DNA of 64,000 nucleotides from the NCBI GenBank assembly GCA_963761335.1, contig CAVXGR010000018.1:1-64000 (forward strand). Direction: 5' to 3'. The position numbers were made by a program, and so were the translations under genes. This document shows, piece after piece, positions 8,168 through 17,156 of this stretch; position 1 is the stretch's first letter, and each line of letters opens with the position of its first letter. The DNA is from an uncultured delta proteobacterium (GTDB taxonomy: Bacteria > Desulfobacterota > Binatia > HRBIN30 > BPIQ01). The notes under the pieces are model-generated. The model did not search any database. It was not told where the DNA came from and saw nothing but the letters and a program-made list of their open reading frames with translations.

Positions 8168-10531
8168 TCAGGCGGCGACGCCTGTGGCGTCGGCGGGCGG
8201 CTCGCCGAAGGTGCGCTGGATCATGCGGCGCACGCGGGCGACGAGCTCCGCAGGGCGCAGCGGCTTGAGGAGGTAGTCGTCGACTCCGGCGTGGAAGGCG
8301 CCGGTGATCTCGTTGTCGCCTTCCCTCCCGGTCAGCATCAGGATCGGAATGGCCTTGGTGCGCGCGTCGGCCCGCAGCCGGCGGCAGACCTCGGCGCCGT
8401 CGATGCCCGGCATGTTGAGGTCGAGAACGGCGATGTCGGGTCTCTCGATGTCGACCAGACTGAGTGCCTCGATGCCGTCCTGAGCCGTGAACACGCTGAG
8501 GCCGAGGCCGGCGTTCTCGAGCGTCATGCGCACGATGCGGCGCAGGTCGGCGTCGTCGTCGACCACCAGGGCCTTGAAGGTCCGCTGCAGCGCCGGCGGT
8601 GCGGGTGGCGACGGCGCTGAGGGCGCCGCGGCGAGCGCCGCGCCTCCGCTGGATTGACTCGTCTTCCCGTCGCAGTATGGGCAGGTGACCCAATCGGAGG
8701 TCATCGGCTTGCCGCAGGAGTCACAGATCTCCCGCAGCCCCTGGCTGCAGTGTGGGCAGGTGGAGAAGCTGTCCTCGACCTCCCGGTTGCAGGCGGGACA
8801 CTGCGGCGCGTTCGCGTTTACCTGGACCACCCGCAAGACCTCCTCGGCGGTGGTGACCCCTTCGGAGAGCTTCAAGAGCGCGTCCTCGAGCAGCGTCGTG
8901 CTCCCGTCGCTGCGGCCCTGCTGGCGAATGGCCGCCTGGCTGCCGCCGCCCTCGATGAGGCCGGCGAGCGCAGGAGAGATCGGCAGCATCTCGAACACGC
9001 CGAGACGTCCGAGGTAGCCGGTCTGCTGGCACCGCGGGCAGCCCTGGCCGCGGCGGAACTCGCGGCGATAGTCGTCCAGGCGCAGCAGCCGCCGGCTCTC
9101 GTCCGCCACCTGGTAGGGAGCGCTGCAGGCCGGGCAGACGCGGCGCACCAGCCGCTGGGCGATGATCAGCTGCAGAGCCGCGCCGATTGCATACGGCTCG
9201 ACGCCGAGGTCGAGGAGGCGGGTGACGGTGGCGACGGCATCGTTGGTGTGCAGCGTGCTCAACACCAGATGTCCGGTCTGTGCCGCCTGAAAGGCGATGC
9301 GTGCCGTTTCCGCGTCGCGGATCTCGCCGACGAGGATGACGTCGGGGTCCTGCCGCAGAACCGAGCGCAGGGCGCTGGCGAAGGTGAGACCCTGCTTCTC
9401 GTTCACCTCGACCTGGTTGATGCTCTTGATCTGGTACTCGATCGGGTTCTCGATGGTGACGACGTTGATGTCCGGCGAGAGGATCTCGCGGATGAGCGCG
9501 TACAGGGTGGTGGTCTTGCCGCTCCCGGTCGGCCCGGTGACCAGGACCATCCCCTCGGGGCGACTGATGGCGCTGCGCACGTGCTCCTCGTCCGCCGGCG
9601 AAAAGCCGATCTGTGAGAGCGGCTTGATGCCGCGGGCGGCATCGAGAATGCGCATGGTGATCTTCTCTCCGTGCTGCGTCGGCAAGCTGGAGACGCGCAG
9701 GTCGATGCGGCGATCGCTGTAGCGCACCTGGATGCGGCCGTCCTGCGGCGCGCGTCTCTCGGTGATGTCGAGCTTGGCGGTCACCTTCAGGCGGGCAATC
9801 AGCGGTGCCTGCACCCATTTGGGAAAGTGAAAGCTCTCGTGCAGCATGCCGTCGAGCCGGTAGCGAACCACGGTGCCGTCGGGGGTCGGCTCGACGTGGA
9901 TGTCGCTGGCCCCGGTCTTGATGCCCTCGGCGATGATGAGATCGCTGAGCTTCACCACCGGCGGCAGGTCGGCGTCGCGGATGGCGTCGCGGAGCTCGGT
10001 GGCGTCACCGCGCAGCTCGGTGACGGTAATCTCGTCCTCATTGCCCATTCCCTGGAGGAGCTGATCGAGCGCCTCCTCGAGGCGATAGATGTGTCCGAAC
10101 GCCTCGCGCACCTCGGCGACGGTGCCCACCGCCGGCCGCACCCGGCGTCCACTGGAGAACTCGACGCTGCGCAGAGCCGCCAGGTCCAGCGGGTTCGCGG
10201 TCATCACCTCGATCTCCGCCTCGGTGGCGCGGATGGGAGCGATGCAGAGCCTCAGCGCCATGGCTTCCCGCAGGCACTGAGCGACGCGGGGGTCGGGCGC
10301 CAGGGAGTCCGGATTCCCGCGCGGCAGCCGCAAGCTCGCCGCCAGCAGATCGGCCAGATCCTTCTCGGTGATGATTTCCTCGCGGGCGAGCACTTCCTGG
10401 ATGGTGAGCTGCTGAGCCGCAGCCGCTGCCTCCAGGCGGGAGACGTCCGTCGCTTCGATCAGACTGCGCCGTTGCAGGAAACGCAGCAGGGACCGTGTCC
10501 CGGCGGCGTTCTGGTTGCCTTGGTCTTCCAT
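8168..10531 (-). CDS. PilB/GspE-family secretion ATPase with double zinc ribbon and C-terminal response-regulator receiver
   Basis: ASDIHVEP, PQDGRI, Walker A GPTGSGKTT, LRQDPDVILVGEIRD, TGHLVLSTLH; four CxxC in the tail, then REC (VVDDD, LDLNMP, LT, YLLKP). Start MEDQGN at 10531. Confidence 0.92.
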   Translation of the reverse strand: MEDQGNQNAAGTRSLLRFLQRRSLIEATDVSRLEAAAAAQQLTIQEVLAREEIITEKDLADLLAASLRLPRGNPDSLAPDPRVAQCLREAMALRLCIAPIRATEAEIEVMTANPLDLAALRSVEFSSGRRVRPAVGTVAEVREAFGHIYRLEEALDQLLQGMGNEDEITVTELRGDATELRDAIRDADLPPVVKLSDLIIAEGIKTGASDIHVEPTPDGTVVRYRLDGMLHESFHFPKWVQAPLIARLKVTAKLDITERRAPQDGRIQVRYSDRRIDLRVSSLPTQHGEKITMRILDAARGIKPLSQIGFSPADEEHVRSAISRPEGMVLVTGPTGSGKTTTLYALIREILSPDINVVTIENPIEYQIKSINQVEVNEKQGLTFASALRSVLRQDPDVILVGEIRDAETARIAFQAAQTGHLVLSTLHTNDAVATVTRLLDLGVEPYAIGAALQLIIAQRLVRRVCPACSAPYQVADESRRLLRLDDYRREFRRGQGCPRCQQTGYLGRLGVFEMLPISPALAGLIEGGGSQAAIRQQGRSDGSTTLLEDALLKLSEGVTTAEEVLRVVQVNANAPQCPACNREVEDSFSTCPHCSQGLREICDSCGKPMTSDWVTCPYCDGKTSQSSGGAALAAAPSAPSPPAPPALQRTFKALVVDDDADLRRIVRMTLENAGLGLSVFTAQDGIEALSLVDIERPDIAVLDLNMPGIDGAEVCRRLRADARTKAIPILMLTGREGDNEITGAFHAGVDDYLLKPLRPAELVARVRRMIQRTFGEPPADATGVAA

Positions 10532-10599
10532 GGCTTCTCCTCGCTTGCCTCGCGAATGCTCGAGCCCGCTTTCCGCAGTCGAGGAGCAAGCAATCGCCG

Positions 10600-10615
10600 T
10601 GCAACCGCATCGCCA
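10600..10615 (-). promoter_or_regulatory. Candidate sigma-54 (-24/-12) promoter for the pilB-like gene
   Basis: Minus strand TGGCGATGCGGTTGCA has GG-N10-GC spacing, about 70 nt upstream of the ATG. Confidence 0.3.
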
Positions 10616-10791
10616 CAAGGTGGAGAGCGGGGGTTTCGTCCCTTTTTTCGGCGCGGCGGGGCGGTCGGGTAACGCCTCAGCCGCAATTTGACGCTCCCGC
10701 CAGCCGCGCGCCGGCCATGCGCTTTGCGGTGTCGGGTGCAAGCGGCCTCGCCGGCTGTCAGTTGCGCGCCGGCAGGCGTAAAAGGGGCGAG

Positions 10792-12526
10792 ATGGACGAG
10801 CGTACGGAGAGGCGACGGCGGCGCTGGCCTTCGATGGACCGGCGCGACCAGCGGCTGATTCTCGACGCCCTTCTTCTGGGGGTCGTCGGGGCCTTTCGCG
10901 GCGCAGCTGTTCACCATTCTCCTCGATTTCGCCCGCAGCTTTCTGCTCAGCGGCATCGGCGGCTATCCGACGGTCGTGGAGCACGCCGGGAAGCTGCAGC
11001 TGGGTGTCGCGGCACATCCCGCTCATCCGTGGATGATCCCACTGTCGACCACGCTGGGCGGGCTGCTCTCCGGAATCCTGGTCTATGGCACGGCCCCGGA
11101 AGCCGAAGGTCACGGCACCGACACGGTGGTCGGCGCCTTTCATCGCTGCGCCGGAAAGCTGCGCGCCCGTATCGCTCCCGTGAAGATGGTCGCCTCGGCG
11201 ATCACCATCGGCTCGGGCGGGTCGGCCGGGCGCGAGGGACCGACGGCATTGATCGCCGCGGGCATCGGCTCCGTCTATGCCGAGCTGCGCCATCGCCCCG
11301 AGGACGAGCGCCGGCTGCTGCTGTTGATGGCGATGGCTGCCGGTCTCTCCGCGGTGTTCCGCTCGCCGATCGGCACCGCTGTCTTCGCCGTCGAGGTGCT
11401 GTACTCGGGGATGGAGTTCGAGGCGGCGGCGCTGATCTACACGATGATCGCTGCGGTCGTGGCGTACGCCGTTTCCGGATTCTTCGTCGGCTGGGACCCG
11501 CTGTTTCGCATGCCGCCGGACATCGGCTATCCCACGTCCACCAGCTACGTCTGGTACGCGCTCCTCGGCGTTCTCGCCGGCGGCATCGGCGTGATCATGC
11601 CATTGGTCTTCTACGGCGTGCGCGATGCCTTCCGCCTCCTGCCGATACCGCGATTTCTCAAGCCGGCGCTGGGCGGTCTCGGGATCGGGCTGCTGGCGCT
11701 GCTTCTGCCGCAGATCCTCGGCGGCGGATACGAGTGGATCCAGGCCGCCATCGACGGTCGTCTCAGCGCCGCCCTGCTGATCGGCCTCGTCTTCGGCAAG
11801 ATCGTCGCTCTGTCGCTGACGATCTCCTCGGGAGGATCCGGAGGTGTGTTCGCGCCGACCCTCTATGTCGGCGCCATGGTCGGCGCGCTGATCGCCGGTC
11901 TCTTCGGGCAGGCGCCGGGGCCGTTCGCGGTGATCGGCATGGCGGCGGTGTTCGCCGGCGCGGCGCGCGTTCCCATCGCCTCGCTGCTCATGGTGACGGA
12001 GATGACCGCCGGCTATCACCTGCTGGCGCCGGCGGGGTTGGCGGTCTCGGCCAGCTATCTGGTACAGCGCGCCCTGAGCGGAACGCGCCCCTACGGCAGC
12101 CTCTACGAGGAACAGGTGCCCGGACCGGTCGACTCCCCCGCGCACCACGAGGAGTTCCTGCGCGGCGCCTTCCACCTGCTCTCCCTGAAGGGGGTGCAGC
12201 TGCCGCCCGACCTGGAGCATCTGAGTCTGATCCCGCTGCTGCGTGCCGGCGTGCCCGTCGATCTTCCGGACGGCAAGCAGCTGCAGCTCGGGGTCCTCTC
12301 CCCGGAGAGCCCATGGGTGGGCCGGCCCCTGCCGCCCGAGATCCGGCATCCGGGCCAGGCGGAGCTGATCGCCGTCCTGCGCGGCGATCACCTGCTTCTT
12401 CCCGAGCGCACCTTGGTTCTGGAGGCCAGGGATCGCCTGCTCTTCCTCGCCGGTCCGGCTGCCTGGAAGCAGCTCCGCAAGCACCTAGCAGCCGTCACCC
12501 CGGCCTCGGGGGCGCCGCTTCAGTGA
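10792..12526 (+). CDS. ClC-family chloride channel/transporter with C-terminal RCK_C (TrkA-C)-like domain; one frameshift near 10895
   Basis: GHGTD, GGSAGREGP, GGGY and GGVFAP motifs. N-terminus MDERTE...LLGVVGA is in another frame and joins if one T of TTT at 10894-10896 is removed. Confidence 0.85.
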
Positions 12527-13272
12527 CCGGCGGCGGCCAGGAGGGCGCGGACGATGCGGTCGTAATGGCCGGAGAAGCGGTGGCCGCCGGAGAGCGCCAC
12601 CACGGTGGCCCGGCCGTCGCTGAGATGGCGGCAGAGCGATCGCTTCTCCTTGGTGCCGTAGATGCACAGGATCTTGGTGCCGCCGAGCTTCTCGAGCTCC
12701 GGACGGGCGGGGAGCGAGCCCGGCCGCTTGGTGTCCCAGAGCCAGTCGGTCACGTGAAACTGGAAGGAGACGTCGGAGACGGGACCGATCAGCGCCAGCA
12801 GCGACACGCGGCTGCGCAGATCGGCGGGTAGGCGGCTCGCCATGAACGGCAGCACGTCGGCGCCCCGCGAGTAGCCGATGAGGATTACCGCGGTCGAGTG
12901 CCATCGCGGCAGATAGCGCAGCAGGATCTTCTGCAGAGCGGCCGCCGCCTGATCCGGTGTGCGGCGATGCCAGAAGTAGTGCAGCGAGTTGAGGCCGACG
13001 ACGGCGATGCCCTGGTGGGCGAGCGATTTTGCCAGATGGCGCTCGAGGCTCGCCCAGCCGCCGTCGCCGGTGATCACCACCGCCATGGTGCGGGCGTGGC
13101 CGCTCGCCGGTCCGATCTCCACGAGCGGCAGGAGGCTGGGGCTCCGAGGACGGGAGTGGGCGGCGGGGGTCGGCGCCGCTCGCCGGCCCGTCGGCACCCG
13201 CGACCGGTGGCTGGTGCCGGTGGCGGCCACGGTGAGCAGGGCGAGGACGGCGAGCGGGCGGGCGGCGGTCAC
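12520..13272 (-). CDS. acvB: AcvB/VirJ-family lysyl-phosphatidylglycerol hydrolase
   Basis: Signal peptide; TGDGGW, SLHYFW, GYSRGAD, GGHRFSGHY; GTGA overlap with mprF stop. Confidence 0.88.
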   Translation of the reverse strand: MTAARPLAVLALLTVAATGTSHRSRVPTGRRAAPTPAAHSRPRSPSLLPLVEIGPASGHARTMAVVITGDGGWASLERHLAKSLAHQGIAVVGLNSLHYFWHRRTPDQAAAALQKILLRYLPRWHSTAVILIGYSRGADVLPFMASRLPADLRSRVSLLALIGPVSDVSFQFHVTDWLWDTKRPGSLPARPELEKLGGTKILCIYGTKEKRSLCRHLSDGRATVVALSGGHRFSGHYDRIVRALLAAAGH

Positions 13273-15815
13273 TTGCTGACGATTCCGCGGTAACCGCTGG
13301 AGATCAAGGCGGCGATGTTGGCGAGGATGCGCGGCAGCGCCAGGCCACCGGGCGACGCCAGGTAATGCGGCTGCCACTCGGGGTTGAACTTCTCCTTGTA
13401 CTGGCGCAGGCCGCGGAAGTTGTAGAAGTGCTCGGCGTGGCGGAAGACGAAAGCGCCCAAGCGGCCCCAGAGCGGCGCCAGGGTGCGGTCCTCGAGACCG
13501 GAGAACGGCGCCATGCCGAGGTTGAACCAGCGGTAGCCGTGCTCTCTCCCCCAGAGAATCAGCTCGACGAACATGTAGTCCATCACGCCCGAAGGGGCTT
13601 CGGCTCGATGGCGCATGAGATCGATCGACATCTCGTCGCTGCCGAGCAGGACGTTGGCGAAGGCGAGCACTCGCCCGTGTCGGCGCGCCACCGCCATCGG
13701 CAGAAGTCGCAGGTAGGCGGGATCGAAGGCGCCGAGAGAGAAACCCTTCTCGCGGGTGTGCTTCTCGGCGAGCCAGGCGTCGGAGATCGCCTTCAGCTCC
13801 GGCAGCAGTGCCGCTACCCCATCCACCGGCACGATCTCGAACTCGCAGCCGTCGCGGGCGACGCGGTGATGTGCCTGGCGCAGCGATTTCATCGCCGCTC
13901 CCTCGAGGGTGAAGCGTTCGAGCGGCACTCGTCCCTCCTCGCCGAGCTTCAGCAGATTGAGACCGAGGTCGAGATACAAGGGCAGGTACTTGGGACCCAC
14001 CTCGTAGAAGACGGTCCAGCCGCCGTGGCGATCGCTGAGCTCGTGGAACTGCCAGACGAGCTCGCGCACCTCGGGCGCCGGGCCAAGCGGATCCCCCATG
14101 GCCACCCAGCTGCGGCCGGCGACGCCGTACATGATCAGGGCATCGCGCCGTTGGTTGAACAGGAAGGTCTTGTCTCCCAGTAGGCCGAGGTAGGCGTTGG
14201 TGTTCGGCGACTGGACCGCGAGCTCGCGGACGTGCGCGATGTCCTCGGCGATGGGCTCCGGCGGATCCGGGCGGCCGGGGCGCAGCATGCGCGCCACGGT
14301 GAATCCGGCGAGGAAGACGATGACGCCGACGGCGGCGCGCATCGAACGCGGTGCCTCCGCGGAGGTGGCGAACTGCCACCAAAGGTCGTTCGAGTAGTCG
14401 ACGTGATTGTACGACACCAGCATGAGCCAGCCGACGCCGAGGAGAACGATAACGACGCCCGTTCCCCACGCCGCGGTGAGCGGCTCGTCGAGGATCGAGG
14501 CGCGCCGGTAGAAGTGGCGGCGACACGGCAGCAGAGCCAGAAGCATGACGGTGAGGATGATCGCTTCCTCGAAATCGGCGCCCTTGAGCAGGGAGAACAC
14601 CGCGCCGAAGGCCAGCAGAAACGAGGTGAGAACGTAGGCGGCGTCGACCCGGTCCTGCAGCCCGCGCGCCAGAACCAGGAGGCCGACGCCGATCAGGCTG
14701 CCGGCGAAGTGCGACATCTCCATGACTGGCAGCGGCAGGATCTCCTGGAGCCAGCCGAGGCGGCCGTGTGCCGCCGGCGTGGCGCCGGAGGCGAGCAGGA
14801 TGACGCCGCCGAGGAAGGTGGTGAAGGACATCACCTGAGGCACGATCCCCGGCACCCAGCGCCCGAAGAAGCGGCCGAGGCGGGCGATGTGCCGGCGGCG
14901 CAGCAGCGCCTCATGGGTGGCGAGCAGGGAGATGCCGACGAGCAGCGGCACCAGATAATAGATGATGCGGTATGCCAGCACCGAGCCGAGGAGCACGGCG
15001 CTCGGCGCGAACGGCCGCAACATGAGGAGGATGACCGTCTCGAACACTCCCAGCCCTGCCGGAACGGAGCTGGCGACGCCGGCGATCTGGGCCAGGAGGA
15101 AGACGCCGAGGAAGTGCGGATAGCTGAGACCGGCGAGCGGCGGGAGGAGAACGAAGAGGACGCTGGCGGCGAGCATCCAGTCGGCCGCCGAAAGCGCCAC
15201 CTGAGCCAACGCCACCGGAAGGCTCGGGGTCGGCAGCTCCGTTCCCCGCCAGCGCAGCGGCTGTCGGCGCACCGCGACCGCGAGCAGATACGCCGCCACC
15301 ACCGCCAGGCAGAGAGCGCCCACCAGTTGGCCGGAGACGAGCGGGAGGTGAATCGGCGCCGGCAGCGCCGTCGAGCCGGCGACGAGGGCGGCGCCCAAAA
15401 GCGTCAGAAACCCGAGCCAGAAGGTGAGCGCCGTGAAGCCGGCGACCGCGGCGATCTCCTTCACCGACAACCCCCAGCCGGAGTACAGGCGAAGGCGGAC
15501 GGCGCTGCCGCCGAAGAACGCCAGACCGATGTTGTGGCTGAAGACGTAGGCGATGAACGAGGCCAGGGCGACGCGGCGATAGCGCAGAGGATTGCGGATG
15601 AAGACGAAGGCCAGTCGGTCGTAGCCGGTGAGGACCAGGTAGTTGAGCGCCGTCAGCAGTAGCGCCAGGCCGATACGCCACGACGACAGCGTCCGCAGCC
15701 GCGCCACGATGTCGCGATAGTGGTACTGGCGCAGCTCGTGGTGCAGGACGGCCAGCGCGACGCCGAAGAGAAGCAGGCCGAGGCCGGTGCGCAGCACCAC
15801 TCCCCACCGCTCCAT
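13269..15815 (-). CDS. mprF: Bifunctional lysylphosphatidylglycerol flippase/synthetase MprF (LpiA)
   Basis: Many TMs, GGSAVRLRLY, VPAGLGVFE, MGDPLG, KLGEEG, EKGFSLG, LGMAP, YNFRGLRQYKEKF. Confidence 0.95.
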   Translation of the reverse strand: MERWGVVLRTGLGLLLFGVALAVLHHELRQYHYRDIVARLRTLSSWRIGLALLLTALNYLVLTGYDRLAFVFIRNPLRYRRVALASFIAYVFSHNIGLAFFGGSAVRLRLYSGWGLSVKEIAAVAGFTALTFWLGFLTLLGAALVAGSTALPAPIHLPLVSGQLVGALCLAVVAAYLLAVAVRRQPLRWRGTELPTPSLPVALAQVALSAADWMLAASVLFVLLPPLAGLSYPHFLGVFLLAQIAGVASSVPAGLGVFETVILLMLRPFAPSAVLLGSVLAYRIIYYLVPLLVGISLLATHEALLRRRHIARLGRFFGRWVPGIVPQVMSFTTFLGGVILLASGATPAAHGRLGWLQEILPLPVMEMSHFAGSLIGVGLLVLARGLQDRVDAAYVLTSFLLAFGAVFSLLKGADFEEAIILTVMLLALLPCRRHFYRRASILDEPLTAAWGTGVVIVLLGVGWLMLVSYNHVDYSNDLWWQFATSAEAPRSMRAAVGVIVFLAGFTVARMLRPGRPDPPEPIAEDIAHVRELAVQSPNTNAYLGLLGDKTFLFNQRRDALIMYGVAGRSWVAMGDPLGPAPEVRELVWQFHELSDRHGGWTVFYEVGPKYLPLYLDLGLNLLKLGEEGRVPLERFTLEGAAMKSLRQAHHRVARDGCEFEIVPVDGVAALLPELKAISDAWLAEKHTREKGFSLGAFDPAYLRLLPMAVARRHGRVLAFANVLLGSDEMSIDLMRHRAEAPSGVMDYMFVELILWGREHGYRWFNLGMAPFSGLEDRTLAPLWGRLGAFVFRHAEHFYNFRGLRQYKEKFNPEWQPHYLASPGGLALPRILANIAALISSGYRGIVSK

Positions 15816-15949
15816 TGCGGCGCGGCTCTCCCACGAAGGTTCGACGTCTTCCTCGCCCGACGCAGTTGTCAACGCCCGCTTCTCACCTGTTGCAACCCGA
15901 CAACCTGACAGAAATCTCGGCGCTCCACCACAGCGGCGGGCCCCGCCCG

Positions 15950-16001
15950 AGTAGAAGCGCCGTCCCGGCGCTGCCCGAAGCGGCGAGACGCCGCTTCTGC
16001 T
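15950..16001. repeat. GTAG-type REP doublet, family A copy 2
   Basis: AGTAGAAGCGCCGTCCCGGCGCTGCCCGAAGCGGCGAGACGCCGCTTCTGCT. Confidence 0.85.
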
Positions 16002-16081
16002 TGGCCCGCGGACCTTCGTTCCTCCGCGCTTTTCTTGGCGGCGGTTCTGTGCTGAGTGTGAGCGGTAGTGAAGGAGGATCG

Positions 16082-17053
16082 ATGGAGTTTGGTGTGCAGA
16101 TCGCAAGTCACGAATGGCAGCAGCTGCGCGATGTGGCGCAGGAGGCGGAGGGGCTCGGCTTCGAGCTGCTAATGGTGCCCGACCACATCGTCGCCGAGGG
16201 GCCGGAGCGGCAGATGGATCCGAGCTATCTCTCCTACGACCCGATGATCGAGCTGGCGGTGATCAGCGAGGCAACGCGAAAGATCCGCATCGGCCATCTG
16301 GTCCTCTGCAACCTCTTCCGCCATCCGGTGATCACGGCTCAGAGCCTGAACTCCCTCGACCGCCTCAGCGGCGGCCGTCTGGTGGCCGGGCTGGGGACCG
16401 GCTGGACGGAGCGCGAGTTCCGCATGACCGGCATCTCCTTCCCGGAGATCGGCACCCGCCTGCGCATGCTCGACGAGGCCCTCACCTGCATCCGCTCCCT
16501 GTGGACCGAGGAGCAGACCTCGTTCGAGGGCGAGTTCTATCATCTCAAAGGGGCCATCCTCAGCCCCAAGCCGGCGCAGCAGCCGCACCCGCCGATTCTG
16601 CTCGGCGGCGGCGGCAAGGGGTTGCTGCGCCTGGCGGCGAAGCACGCGGAGGTGATCAACATCATCTCCGACGCCGGCAAGCCCGGCTACATCAAGCTCG
16701 ACAACATCGCCAAGCTCAACGACGACAGCTTCCGCAGCAAGGTGCGCTTCGTGCGCGAGGAGGCGCAGAAGCTCGGGCGCGACGGCCAGGCGATCCGCAT
16801 CAGCAACGCCGTCTTCAGCGTCATCCTCACCGATTCGCCGCAGGCGACGCGCTCGACGGCGGAGGGTATGGCGCCGATGTTCAACACCACGCCGGAGGGC
16901 CTGATGCACTCGCCGCTGGCCCTGATCGGCACGCCGGAGGAGTGTGCCGCGGAGATTCGCCGGCGCCGCGACGAGTGGGACGTGTCGCAGATGATCTTCG
17001 CCGGCGGCGCGCCGATGCGCCGCATCGCGGAGGAAGTCCTGCCACACGTCTGA
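16082..17053 (+). CDS. LLM-class (luciferase-like) flavin/F420-dependent oxidoreductase
   Basis: PDH, IGHLVLCNLFRHP, SGGRLVAGLGTGW, PKPAQQPHPPILLGGG; strong SD AAGGAGG. Confidence 0.92.
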   Translation: MEFGVQIASHEWQQLRDVAQEAEGLGFELLMVPDHIVAEGPERQMDPSYLSYDPMIELAVISEATRKIRIGHLVLCNLFRHPVITAQSLNSLDRLSGGRLVAGLGTGWTEREFRMTGISFPEIGTRLRMLDEALTCIRSLWTEEQTSFEGEFYHLKGAILSPKPAQQPHPPILLGGGGKGLLRLAAKHAEVINIISDAGKPGYIKLDNIAKLNDDSFRSKVRFVREEAQKLGRDGQAIRISNAVFSVILTDSPQATRSTAEGMAPMFNTTPEGLMHSPLALIGTPEECAAEIRRRRDEWDVSQMIFAGGAPMRRIAEEVLPHV

Positions 17054-17098
17054 GATCGGGAGCCGCGAGTTCGGGCGCTGCGGGTTCAGGTTTAGGTT

Positions 17099-17139
17099 CC
17101 CTCTCCCGCGTTGCCTGCGGGAGAGGAACAGGGTGAGGG
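17099..17139. repeat. CCCTCTCCC...GGGAGAGG..AGGGTGAGGG palindromic REP-like element
   Basis: ccctctcccgcgttgcctgcgggagaggaacagggtgaggg hairpin directly upstream of recC. Confidence 0.55.
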
Positions 17140-17156
17140 CGCTGCTCTAGTCGTTG

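Noticed and set aside
10532..12484. N-terminal ~650 aa of the 1438-aa PilB ORF
   Set aside because: Antisense to the ClC gene; the real start is MEDQGN at 10531 with an SD-like GAGGAG.
10792..12526. Fluoride exporter CLC-F with fluoride riboswitch
   Set aside because: Lacks the GNNLI/GREGT signatures, and no riboswitch consensus is seen upstream.
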